DNA of 64,000 nucleotides, from positions 97,402,001-97,466,000 of the forward strand of contig NC_043004.1 in the NCBI RefSeq assembly GCF_006345805.1, given 5' to 3'. The translations under genes and the position numbers were made by a program. The notes beneath the pieces are model-generated. The model was given only the letters and a program-made list of their open reading frames with translations. It was not told the origin of the DNA and did no database searches. This DNA comes from Octopus sinensis. Its lineage: Eukaryota. Positions 51,211 to 64,000 of the stretch are shown here, piece after piece; the stretch's first letter is position 1; every line of letters starts with the position of its first letter.

Positions 51211-52465
51211 CCTTTATCTTGTTTCACTCATTGGACTGCGGCCATACTGGAGCCCGGCCTTGAAGTGTTTTGTCCAATAAATCAACCCTCTGCCTATTCT
51301 TTTGCTCCAAGCCAGGCACTTAACATATCGTTCTTGTAGTCGCTGAAGTGCTAAGTTAAAGGTGCCTGGGCAAGCCAACGCCGGTTGTCAAGTAGTGGGA
51401 GGGGGGCCACAACTGTATTTTGAGTACTGAATTTCTACTCTTGTCCATTTTCTACTTTCTCATAAGATTGTACAGCACAGAAGCTGGCTCACCAACGGGG
51501 GCCTGTATTTATTTTATTTTATCATCCTCAACGACAATAATATCAGATCCATTATTGTTTACTAAGTAAAGTAATTTGGGTAACCAGTTTAAGAATCAAA
51601 TAACAATAGGAAGTTTAAATATGTTTCATGGCATGCGTTGTTTGTTTGGTGTATAAAAAGAGTAACTATTCATTTTCCATTCCTAATCTCTTTATTGATA
51701 AGATTATGTTTTGGACTGATGAACGGACGTGAAATAATAGAGTAACACTGGACAGTAGTAGCGGCATTTTTTATGGTTATGCTTAGATGAGAAAGAGTAA
51801 GTGCAGGACTAAGAAAATCAGTGCCCATAGTACGAATTAGTTTACATAATGATCCAGACACTTCATATTTGGTGGGTCTGGCCATCCACTTCAGCTCTTA
51901 GGGAATAGCGTCACAGGTGAAAGCTCTCTACTTTCTCTTGACTGTCAATTGCCTGTGATTACGCCCATCTCCGCCTGTGATTACGCCCATCTGTCAGTCT
52001 CTTCTATCTTTTACAATCGCAACCTTCCTAAATAGTCTTTCTATTAATATACCCTTGAACAAATACGATTGGGCAGGTCTGTGGTGAAAGCTATCCACGA
52101 AAACATAGGAAAAATTTACCTAAGCTTTCATTAGCGTCATTTTGTTTTATGCCATTACGCAATTTGCCATACCTCTTGTTACAATACGTAACTCATGGTA
52201 TTTTAGGCCGGTGAGAGCAATTATTAAAAATCATTGTAGTATAATTTAAATGCAAAACATATAGCTGGAATGTATTTTAGCATCTTTCCGGTTGTTTGTT
52301 GTAAAAGATAACATCTTTCCGGCTATTTCGCATAAAAATATATCATTTTTATTTAAATTTCATTTGTCCTTTGCATTCATTGACATATATGTCAAGCCTT
52401 TATTGCATGCTTTCAATTTATCTACACCCCCACCATACACACACACACACACACACACACATGTA

Positions 52466-52501
<36 letters not shown>

Positions 52502-52586
52502 CATCTATATATATATATATCTATCTATCTATCTATCTATCTTCTATCTATCTATCTATCTATATATATATATATATATATATATA

Positions 52587-52647
<61 letters not shown>

Positions 52648-52789
52648 AGAAATAAGATGAAGAAAACCCAGATTTGTTTTAAAAGACTAAAGAATATAAA
52701 AGTATTACACAATATTGTACAAAAGTTTTTCCTATCGCTTTTCGAATTATGAGTTTTGGTTGAATTTCTGAATTTGACATTGTGTTTGA

Positions 52790-54255
52790 TAGGGTGAATG
52801 ATTGGTAACCAAGGTATTTTACAATAAATGGGAGGTAAATCTGTAATTTTTAATATTGATCTACATTTGATTCTTTCTATATTTGGGGTAAATCTTTAAC
52901 TTTCAATATGGGTTTATATTTAATTCCAGCTTATATTTTTCGAAAATGGAGGCCTCTTTATTTAGTCGTACTTGTGTTGGGATCCAAATAGCAAATTGAT
53001 ATAATGGAAAAATTAGGAATTATAGTCGGTTTTTCTGTACATCTGTCAATGTTATCACTGAGATATATATCTGGCAATATTGTGGGGAGGATATCTGTTG
53101 TCTGTGGACCGTACATCACCATCTGATCGACATGTCTGTCGACCCTATGTAGTTTTCATAGCTGCCCGAGCATCTGATAACATAAAGGAGTTTTTCAGAG
53201 GCACAAGTGAAGTTGGATTTAACTTTGAATTTTTGCCCTTGTATAAATGGAACTCTGATCCTTCCAAAAGATTGGGACATGTACCGCAGTTAGGACGACC
53301 ACAGGTTTTTTACCCTTGCGTCCGTTATTCTTGAAAATAAACTAGCACTTGTAAGGATCTTCTTTAACGTCTTTGGTTGCTTGGTGTTTTTAATGATCTT
53401 ATGGGTACGTAGAGTTTCCTTCAATTTGGAGTCCTTATGGAGTATTGGGAGATTTGGGACAATGATGTTAAATGCTTCTTTGTTTCTGGGGTTGCATGTG
53501 GAGACATAAAGTAGTGTTTTCAGACTAGGTGTGTTTCTTTTTTGTGTTAGATTTTTCTTAATATTTCTATGTCAATCCATTTTGCACGTTTAAACCCTTC
53601 ATTTGTGAATTGAATTGAGTAGTGTCTGTCCTGGAGTACATTTTTAAGCTTTTTCAATCTTAGTCCTCTTGTATTTTGTCGAACACTATGGTGCAAATCC
53701 TTCTTGTAATGTTGAAAGGGATATTTGTTTTGCTATGTCTCGGGTGGCATGAGCTAAATAATAGATACTGTTTAGCGCCTGTGGTTGTGTAAAAAAATGT
53801 CCGTTTCTATTTTTTGTTTATTTTAACCTGTATGCCAAGGAACGGGAGTTCCTCTTGGTTGTGTTCCATTGTAAATTGTATGTTTGTGTTAATGCTATTA
53901 AATAGTCTTTTGAATTCCAGATGTTTGTCTATGTTATCATTCCAGAGGATGAAGCAATCGTCCAAAAATCTTTTCCAATTTTCTTTTATGTATTGGAAAA
54001 GAGGGTTTCCAAAATTAGAAAATGACTCCTAACATATTGTTATTTCTAAATAGCCCATTGATAGGTTGGCAATAGTCCGGGTTGTCCTGGTTCCTATGGC
54101 AATTCTGGATTTTTGGTGATAAATAGTGGTGTCGAACATGAAGTGGTTGTTTTGAAGGATGACTCTTATTGATTCGATTATGAAATCTTTGTTGATCCTT
54201 TCTGGTATTTCTTCTGGATATTTGTCCAGCCAGAACCGGATTGCTTCTATTCCAT
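52790..54255 (-). mobile_element. Degraded Penelope-like element (RT plus GIY-YIG)
   Basis: ILQNNHFMFD, ANLSMGYLE, WKRFLDDCFILW, SCHPRH, CGRPNCGTCP, FTCASEN..YVIRCSGSYENYIGST. Confidence 0.9.
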
Positions 54256-54939
54256 TTGAAGAAAAATAAGAAAGCGGAGATAAAAATGATAATTGATAAG
54301 CATCAATTATTATTTATTGATTATAGAGAAAGACAATAACTCATCTAACAGCTGTTTCTGTTCGCGCTATTTTAGGCATATTCAGGCTTAATTATTACAA
54401 TAATAATTATTATCACTGTTAATAATTATACCAACTAAAATAATGGAACTTTATCAGATCGGAAAAATAAAGAAAAAGAAAAGAAAACGAAAAAGAGAAA
54501 ATAAGGATATACTAATTGATGTTACATGCTATTGCTCTGAAAACCTTTCGACCGACTGAAAAATTTAGTTATACAATTAGAAGAGTTATAATAGTTAGTG
54601 GTACATGCCTATTTACGCAAGGGGGGAGGCTACTACCGGCTTAAGTTGCATATGTAATACTGTTGGAATATAAAGTAAAAATACTAAGAGTTACAGAACT
54701 TATATGTATAGACAGATAGCCAAACAAATTGATAGGTAGATAGGTAGATAGAGACAGAAATTCATGCATACATACATAGTCTGTTTCTTCCATGTGCCTA
54801 CAAGCTTAAGAGGGTTTTAAGCTTAAGTGTCAATGTAACATTTTCTCAGCTGAGTTCTGGTGCAATGTGAAATTGAGCACATTTCTGAAGGATACAACAT
54901 GCTACTTGGTCAGAGAATCGAATATACGGCATATATAAT

Positions 54940-55620
54940 AGATAACAGGGTATTTTAAAAGCAACTAAGATATACCTCAACTCAGGATACCAAAACAAAT
55001 GGCTCAAGAATATATAATCTAATTTGCCAACACCTATTATCCAGGATTATCAAACATATACAATTCTGTCAAACCTAATCTCCCAACCGTTTTACAAAGC
55101 ATGAACATGAAGGATGCAGTTCTTGAAACCTCATCATTAACAGTAAGCGCTTCATCCAGGAAACTTCAACAAATACATTACAGATGAAAACTTCCCTTCA
55201 GAAGGTAACCCACAATTCTTCCGTTTGATATTGTGGTGATAACGATGCAGAATGTGCAGTAGCGAATATAAAACCACTTAGAAACTGTTTCCTAGATAAA
55301 ATTCATAAATGGGTGATACTTCAGGAAAAATGCAGACATGAACTGTAAAGCAGAAAACCTCATATATCACGTAACCAACTCCGGTTGTAAGAAGAATGAC
55401 AATGGTAAGACCAGAAACTTATTATCTGAAAGAATGAGGTTACATAAGCAACACATGTGTTACCCGGAACTAAGGAAAATATCTCTCAGCATATATTGCA
55501 ATTTTGCAGCGACACCAAATTCAATTTTCATGTTTTGTTTTAGCAACGCTTAAAAGACTATCGAGCATATTATTTGATAATGGACATTTTATTAAAAAAC
55601 ATAAAAAGAAACTCTCCAGT
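54940..55620 (+). mobile_element. PLE GIY-YIG remnant
   Basis: MNCKAENLIYHVTNSGCKKNDNGKTRNLLSERMRLHKQH..YPELRKISLS, homologous to 49270-49430. Confidence 0.7.
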
Positions 55621-56629
55621 AAGAAACAATAATGACCAAAGGAGAATAATTCCTACTTCTTAAAAATTTTCTATTTGGAGGGATAAAAGAACTACTTTTT
55701 TTGCTTCATTTTCTCAAGTTTCTCTTTTATTTTAGGAACTCTTGTATTTATTCCATACATGTGCGTGTATATACTTTATGTACGCATGCGTACGTTTATG
55801 CATATGTATATATGTATCTCTGAATGTGCGTGTGTTAGATAAAGATGGATTCTCTAGCGTTAGATAACAATAACAACAAAAACAAGATGCAGAAATTGAA
55901 GTTGTATTCTATCATTCCCTTAGGAAATTTCAGACTTATATATCTGTATATGAATATAGAAAGAAATGATACCTCTATCACATCTGAATTTTTTCTACCA
56001 TTAGTAATGTATTTCACTCTATACAACCATTAACTTTTACTCATATGTATATATATTTTTATTTGTATATACACAAATACACACATATCTATATATGAGT
56101 GTTTGTATATAACACAACAATGGCGGCTATAGGCAATATAAACGAAAAAGGAAAGATTCAATTGTCACTAATTGTGACTGACGATGCAGGGTTGTAGCAC
56201 CTGCATTACTAGAAATAGAAGTTAAAATCCCTTAGAAGCACGTGTCTATGCACTACAGGGAATATATATATATGTAGTATTTGCGAGTGAAGATAGCTTT
56301 TGTCATTAGCTAGTGATTGTCTCACACTGAGGACGGATAACATCCAGGAACCTAACTCTCTGAGTATCACGAAAGGCTAGAGATGAGAGCGATGACCTCC
56401 CTTACAAATGCTATATAGGGATACAGACTGTGTCGTTAGCCAGTTGGAAAAGATGTTTTCCTGGTGCAAAAACAAAAGTAATATCGTCCTTTACAGGACT
56501 GCCACGTTATGTTGGCATATAATCATTATTATATAGCCGAAATTGCGAGGATGATCCGGTTCTTGACTGAAGATTGTTTTTTGTATCGTCTTCTAAATAT
56601 TTTCCGTTCTTGTCCCAGTCTGTATTTTT

Positions 56630-56683
<54 letters not shown>

Positions 56684-56704
56684 ATATATATATACATACA
56701 TATA

Positions 56705-56900
56705 ATCAAATTTACGTAAAACGAAAAGACGAAGATAAGTCAGGGAAAAACAAGCAAGTGTATTAGTTTGATGCTCGGGATGAATGGAAAAGTCATTGAC
56801 TTTCTGAGCCTACGCTCTTCAGCAGAAGTTGAGAGGAAAAAATGGAGAGAGAACGGAAAAAACGGAGAGACAAAAAATATGTAGGGATTAAAGGTTCAAC
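56705..56900 (-). mobile_element. Family K-related repeat with an HHR-like relic
   Basis: Reverse complement cttCTGCTGAaGAGCgtagGCTCaGAAAgTC at ~56795-56828. Confidence 0.5.
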
Positions 56901-56916
56901 ATGATGAAATGAGCCT

Positions 56917-56966
<50 letters not shown>

Positions 56967-57559
56967 ATATATACACTGCATATGCACACACATATAGGGA
57001 TAGAGAGAGAGAGAAAGACAGGGGGAGATAAATAGTTATATTGAATATATTTAAAGGATTAGTAGAGATTTTCCAGCAGTGTGACCTGTTTGCTTCTCCT
57101 ATGCTTTTGCTAAATGTTTTAGGTGTCTATGTCATCATGTGCAGATATCGACACCCACTTGGCCGTCTCAGTCTTGACCCAACTGGACATTTTGAATTGG
57201 TCTGCTTGGGAGGGGATTAGAATGCACCAACATTTAGTTAATATTCCAGTTTAGCTGAGTATGCTGAAGCAACATAAAATGATAAAATGCTTTGTCTGGT
57301 TGAAAAATCGAAAGCCCGACCTTATCAATATTATCCCAGTAGCATAAACAATTGCCAAGACACATTTACATCAGCATTCGTACATATACATTCGTGTGTG
57401 TGTGTATGCGAGTTTGTATGTCTGTATGTGTGTGTGTGTTTGTGTCTTTATGTGTGTTGATATTTTATATATTTTCCCATACTCTTATGAGTAAGAAGGA
57501 GATTTTTTTCTGAACCAGTATTTTTATGTGACAATGCTCTTCATATTGGTTTCAATATT

Positions 57560-57760
57560 TGACACAAGCCAAGAAATTTCGAGAGAAAGAGTAAAACGAT
57601 TACATCGACATCAGTGCTCAATTGGTGTTTATTTCATCGATACCAAAATGATGAAAGGCGAATTCGACTTTCTGAGAATTTGAATTTAGAATGTAAAAAT
57701 GTACGAAAGCTGCTAAGCATTTTGCCCAGCGTGTAAATATAATTCTGCCAGCTTATCACC
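57560..57760 (-). mobile_element. Degenerate family B SINE
   Basis: cgattacatcgac...gatgaaaggcgaattcgact...gaatttgaatttagaatgtaa. Confidence 0.65.
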
Positions 57761-58249
57761 TTTGCAAGGTATTTCATATTACCAGCACTTTTCATTACGT
57801 CATACAACATCCAGGTACACTTTGTACTTATTCTGAAGCTACAATGCACATACATCATACATATTCCTTCGAGGTACTCTTTTGGAAATTTTCCAAGTTA
57901 ATACTTGCTTGTCTCAGCTATCTCAAGATATTTGTTGACCCTATCATGGATTCATCCACCCATTAACTTAATTTGTATACACCTTTATCAACATTTTCTT
58001 CACTGCAACTTATTTACTCAGTGTCACCAAAATGTTGTCTGTTACTTGCTTGTTTACTTAAATGCTTGCTCCAATATAAAAACTGTTGGAGGTTGCAAAT
58101 TCAGATTTACTAATGAGTTAGGAAACAAAAAATAGATTGTCATCATAAACATTTCCATTTTTATGTTGATATTTTTTGCTGTTAAAATTTGTTTTTGTTT
58201 GTTATTTTGTTGAGCTAGCTGGTTTCATACCTTAGACCATTGTTGCTCA

Positions 58250-58632
58250 TCACTGACTGTTCCACCATTCGAGCGTGAGCGTTACCTGCATCGCCTTATT
58301 GACACTTGTGCTGGTGGCATGTGAAAAAACATTTGAGTGAGGTCGTTACCAGTGCCACTGGACTGGCTCCTGTGCAGGAGGCACATAAAAAGCACCATTT
58401 GAGCGTGGCCATTGCCGGTACCACCTGACTGGCCCTCGTGCTGGTGGTACGTAAAAGCACCCTCTACACACTCGGAGTGGTTGGTGTTAGGAAGGGCATC
58501 CAGCTGTAGAAACTCTGCCAGATCAGGTTGGAGTCTGTTACAGCCATCTGGTTTGCCAGACCGCAGTCAAATCGTCCAACCCATGCTAGCATGGAAAGCG
58601 GATGTTAAACGATGATGATGATGATGATGATG
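58250..58632 (+). mobile_element. Family E SINE-like element with a (GAT)n tail
   Basis: ggtgttaggaagggcatccagctgtagaaac...ccaacccatgctagcatggaaagcggatgttaaacgatgatgat. Confidence 0.85.
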
Positions 58633-59776
58633 ATTATACAGGCCTGGGTATGATATTTTCTGTGGAAGACTGGTATAGAAGTCTTTCGTTTCCATACATA
58701 TGATGTTTTCCAAAGGAAAAATCATCACCAAGGGTCATTGTATGGCTTTGCATTCAGAACACAAAAGTCCAAAATATGTGACCCCATAGTCATCTCATCT
58801 GGTACTCCAGTAGTTCTACTAATCCACTGCTCCTGGTTATTGGCAAAGTTGACTTTGTCACAATGATGACAGAGGGTGCAGAGAGCTGATCAAATATCAC
58901 ATTATTACTCTATTAGACATACAAACAATTCAGTCAACTGACTCTGTAATGTAGCGTAACACATTCCTACATGTGCACAAACACACAAGCACATGGGGAT
59001 TTCTATCTTCTATATCTCATGCTATATCTACCACTCTTTAACCAGTCTCTGAACAGGCCCACTTCTTCCTCACTCTAGAATTTCCTTCCTGCTCACATTT
59101 CTCATGTAGTCATTCCCTTGTAGATATTCATACTGAACATGTACCCTATCAATCCATCAATCTTACCAGTCTTAAAGGACCAGTAAAGGTGATGAATATA
59201 TCCCCTTCTTCTGATTATACTCTAAGAAAAAACTAACAGTATTTCAGGAAATATGTAGAAAAGCTTTTTTGTTTCAATGATAAACCAAAAAAGGAAGAAA
59301 AAACTAAAAAATGTCTAAATACTTAATGACAATAACAGTCTTGATCAACTAAATAGACAAAAGTTTACATTGTCAAGAAGATCAATATATTTTTGTAGAT
59401 ATTGATCTACTTGTAATTCAGTTTGACATGTCTCTTTCTTGTAATGTCATCTTCCTATTAGGGAATTAAAGAAAACAAATAAATATATAAATGTATTGTT
59501 TTATGTTGAAAACATGAGGTTTGTTGCAGGTAACGTAGAGAAATATAGGAGAATATATTGACAGCAATGTAGAGCAAAGACAATCTTTATTGATGTAACA
59601 ATGTTAATAATAATAATGATAAAAATAAACGATAATATATAAACACACTTACAAACATATATGTGGCTCTCCTAGTTCTCTTGTTTTGTCTCTCTCTTTC
59701 TCTAAGCACACACATATATATACACACACACACACACACATACATATACTTATGTGTGCGTGTGTGTATACATATA

Positions 59777-60190
59777 GGCGCAGGAGTGGCTGTGTGGTAA
59801 GTAGCTTGCTTACCAACCACATGGTTCTGGGTTCAGTCCCACCGCGTTGCACCTTGTGCAAGTGTCTTCTACTATAGCCTCGGGCCGACCAAAGCCTTGT
59901 GAGTGGATTTGGTAGATGGAAACTGAAAAGAAGCCCGTCGTATATATGTATATATATATGTATGTGTGCGTGTATGTTTGTGTGTCTGTGTTTGTCCCCC
60001 TAGCATTGCTTGACAACCGACGCTGGTTTGTTTATGTCCCCGTTACTTAGCGGTTCGGCAAAAGAGACCGATAGAATAAGTACTGGGCTTACAAAGAATA
60101 AGTCCCAGGGTCAAGTTGCTCGACTAAAGGCGGTGCTCCAGCATGGCCGCAGTCAAATGACTGAAACAAGTAAAAGAGTAAAAGAGTAAA
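59777..60190 (+). mobile_element. Full-length family A SINE
   Basis: Matches 35551-36005 end to end. Confidence 0.95.
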
Positions 60191-60553
60191 CGAGTATATA
60201 TACGTAAATATGCACGCACATACACACACATGCGCGCGTGTACATATTATCATCTTTTTATGTCCATTTTCCATGCTGGCATTGACATGAATAAGTAAGA
60301 TTGCAATGGTCAGAATCAGCTACCCCCTTAGATGGGTTGGAGGACTGCATCTCACTTATGTGGTTCATTTCTCGTTTGATTTCTAAAACTGAACCCCTAA
60401 CACTATATACAGGATGTACTGAGTGGTTGCTTTCATGGTATCAGCATTAGAAATCAGTTACGCTCTTGAGAAGACTAAAGGATCCTCACAAACTTACAGA
60501 AAGAGATACATGCAGTGTTGGATTAACCATTCTGCAAAATAAGCACATGCTTA

Positions 60554-60968
60554 GGCGCAGGAGTGGCTGTGTGGTAAGTAGCTTGCTTACCAACCACATG
60601 GTTCCGGGTTCAAACCCACTGCGTGGCACCTTGGGCAAGTGTTTTCTACTATAGCCTCGGGCCAACCAAAGCCTTGTGAGTGGATTTGGTAGACGGGAAC
60701 TGAAAGAAGCCCATCGTATATATGTATATATATATATGTGTGTGTGTGTGTTTGTGTGTCTGTGTTTGTCCCCCTAGCATTGCTTGACAACCAATGCTGG
60801 TGTGTTTATGTCCCCGTTACTTAGCGGTTCGGCAAACGAGACTGATAGAATAAGTACTGGGCTTACAAAAGAATAAGTCCCGGGGTCGAGTTGCTCGATT
60901 AAAGGCGGTGCTCCAGCATGGCTGCAGTCAAATGACTGAAACAAGCAAAAGAGTAAAAGAGAGAGTAA
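60554..60968 (+). mobile_element. Full-length family A SINE
   Basis: Matches 59777-60190 end to end. Confidence 0.95.
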
Positions 60969-62699
60969 AGGAAGAGCAGAAATGGTAAATGTTTTACGGT
61001 ACAAAAAAATTGCTTTAAACTTGCTAAAAATAATATTGTGGGTGCCTTATCTCTATAAAGAATAGAAGTAATGAGATTAATTATCAGGAGCTAATCAAAG
61101 ACTGCAATTAAATAATGTGGGAGAAAACATTTCAAATATAAGTAAAGTGGAAGTATACAAAAATAAACATTATTTTCCATCTCACTTTTATTTTATGGTT
61201 TATTACTGTTTACATATATATGGCGCACTAAGATCTTTTTAGTGCATAGGGCCTCTATGGGTCTTAATTCGGCCCTGGATCCATGTACTGTTAAATCCAC
61301 TAATACTGCCCCCCCCCCACTTTTTATTATCCTCCCAGCTCTCTATTTCTCACTTCCTCTCTTTACAGAAAGAATTAGGTGTGAGTTTTGTGGTTCAAAC
61401 ACTGGGACTGTAGTCTTGTCCATGACATATCTGAAGGGATATTACAATGCCATGTGTCTATTCACTCACCAATTTCATTACAGAGTAAGATACATGAGTG
61501 ATAGAGGAAGTGATGGTAGTGATGATAGGAAATAGAGATGTATGATAGGGGGATGAGTATTAAGGGTACTCAGTATTCTTAAGAATGGTACATATCATTA
61601 GGACATAGCACAGAAAATAAGACAATTATTGAAGGAAAGGTGACCCAGGAGGTAAAAATAATATTAGAGGTGCATAATTAAGGGAGGGAAAGAGCTAGTA
61701 TATGGTGATAGACAAACTAAGATGGCAGGATGAAATGAAAAACAGGAAGGTAGTGTGAGGTTAGTGTGCACTGGGCACAAATGGGCCAATGTAAATAGAC
61801 AAAAGGATGGGCAGAGATATTCAGTATTCTGAGGTATGTACGTATATCTAAGACTATCTGGTTAAAACTATTCACCACTGAGCCAGGAAACAGAGCAATG
61901 ATGAAGACCTAGAACATATGGGAGAGAAGGACCAGCAGTGTAGTTGCAGACAGAGTGAGACAGAGTGGTGATAGGACAGTACAGAGTGGGAAGGGGAAGA
62001 CAGGTGAAGCTAGAGTGGTTCAAAGGTGCAAGAGTAGGATGGCAGAATTAGAAGGTAATGACAGGTAATACAGGAGAGGAAGGGGAAACGTAGAGTAGAT
62101 TGCACTGGGTACCAGTGATTCATAAGTTGGGCCAGGTGAATGATGAGAGTCAAATGTAAAGGAAAGGTAATAAAGGTAATAAAGAGCAAAGGTAATGAGG
62201 AAATGAGTAATAGAGAGTAATAAAAAATAGGGAAGCAACATTAGTAGATATAAAAGTGCATGTATCAGAGTCAGTACCATGATCACTATTTTTGTGACTT
62301 TTCCAAAGTGCGTGCATGACATCTATCCTAATGGTTAGGGTACTTGGCTCATGATTCTGTGATCATGGTTGATTCCAGAACCAAAAGTATCAAGCTCTGT
62401 CATTGAGCAAAGCACTTCATTTCACATTGGCCCAATATATCTGGCTGAAACAGGCACTAACCAAGCACCAGCACAGCTCGTTTTCTTTCTTCCTGCTGTC
62501 ATGTCCTACATGTTCTACTATGTTAAGAATAGTGATGTTGATAGGTTGCTGCTGTCTGCCCATCATTAAATGGGAACCTAAAATGTTTTGCAAACATGGG
62601 TACAGTCATTCGATTGCAGGTATGATACACAATGGCTTTCAAATGTTTAATTGACTTATGCTTATATCTGTGTGTGTATGTGTATACTCGCAGCTAGCT

Positions 62700-62786
62700 A
62701 GACGGACAGACAGACATACAGAGAAATTGATAGATAAAAAGATAGAAAATAGATAAATAGCTAGCTAGCTAGATAGATAGATAGAC

Positions 62787-62873
<87 letters not shown>

Positions 62874-63018
62874 CAGACAGATAGATATATAGATAGATAG
62901 ACAGACAGATAGATATATAAATAGATAGACAGACAGATAGATATATAGATAGATAGACAGACAGATAGACAGATAGGTAGGTAGGTAGGTAGGTAGGTAG
63001 ATAGATAGATAGATAGAT

Positions 63019-63051
<33 letters not shown>

Positions 63052-63112
63052 CAGAGAGACAGGCAGACAGATAGATAGATAGACAGACAGACAGAGACAG
63101 ACAGATAGATAT

Positions 63113-63142
<30 letters not shown>
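62700..63142. repeat. (GATA)n/(GACA)n/(GGTA)n compound array
   Basis: Direct reading. Confidence 0.97.
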
Positions 63143-63143
<1 letters not shown>

Positions 63144-64000
63144 AATTGACAGAAACAAATGTAATATGTTTCATAGATTACCCAATGGCTTATAAGCAAA
63201 CATTTGTTTCTTGCATAAACATGAATAGTGTGCAGCAAAAGAGCCAGATAGTAGGAAAAGGAACAAAATATTGTGTTTTTCCTGAATTTAGTTCAACTTT
63301 TCTAACCAGATCCAAAAGCAGATATGAAAATAATGGTGCTCTGAAGTCAAGCATTTATACCTTTCTGGTGTTTGTCATAAAGAAATGTGGAAGAAAACGT
63401 TAAACTCCAACTATGGAGTTTGTGAAAACTTAATGTACCTGAAACTTTTCACTTCTAAGAGTTTGATGCTCTCAGATAATTGATAGATATCAAGTATCTT
63501 GTTACAGAGTCATCAAAGTAAATTCTGGCAGTCTCTCAGGGAAACATTGCTGATCACAAACTATCCAGTCTACGCTACTGTACTAAATGCTGGAAATGGA
63601 ACTTGTGGGAACATTCTTGGAAAAATGTGATACCAGGAATCCATGGTTTGCATCTAAATGCAGGTTACTAAATCCTTTGTTCTGAATATTATTTAGTCCA
63701 GAATGGCAGATCATACATTGACCACTTTAGCATACAGGAACTTCAAAAGAAACACAGTATTAACATTGGAATTGGACTATATTTATGCACTAATGCTATG
63801 GAGATAATTAATCCCACAACCATTAAGGATGAAAATAACAATTTGTCATCACATCAAGCAGAAAAATGGCAAAATTTCCGTTCCCTCTGAGAATCCATCA
63901 GTCTGACCATTATAGTTCATTGGAAATGAGAATATAATAAGGAAAGGGAACCCCATGTCATGATAAAGACCTAATTGAACAGCTTGATGAGAGAGCTGCA

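Noticed and set aside
51951-51992. 22-bp tandem duplication containing GATTAC, possible regulatory sites
   Set aside because: A simple local duplication in probable LINE debris; no evidence of function
63200-64000. Possible degraded retroelement coding sequence (also ~28500-28850, 45250-45700 and 61600-62300)
   Set aside because: No motif clear enough to assign by eye; needs a translated search against TE proteins

Overview
AT-rich, repeat-saturated eukaryotic non-coding DNA with no host gene or exon that I can support. The SINE repertoire and microsatellite load look like those of an Octopus (coleoid cephalopod) genome; this is an inference from recall, not a database check. Almost all ORFs in the supplied track are microsatellite or SINE translations. 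The window holds a decayed Mag-like Ty3/Gypsy element (gag-PR-RT-RH-IN, minus strand, ~11.6-15.1 kb), four Penelope-like element (PLE) remnants with RT and/or GIY-YIG motifs, R4/Dong-like 3' ends in (TAA)n, RTE and CR1-like LINE fragments, about five SINE families (several with TSDs), a non-autonomous Helitron, several foldback/MITE-like inverted repeats and minisatellites. The most interesting signal is a set of minimal type I hammerhead ribozyme (HHR) motifs in several different repeat families. One copy is intact (6609-6643). One dispersed family joins a ~73-nt tRNA-like segment, a (TAA)n spacer and an HHR, and several HHR copies sit in inverted repeats. Boundaries of degraded elements are approximate.
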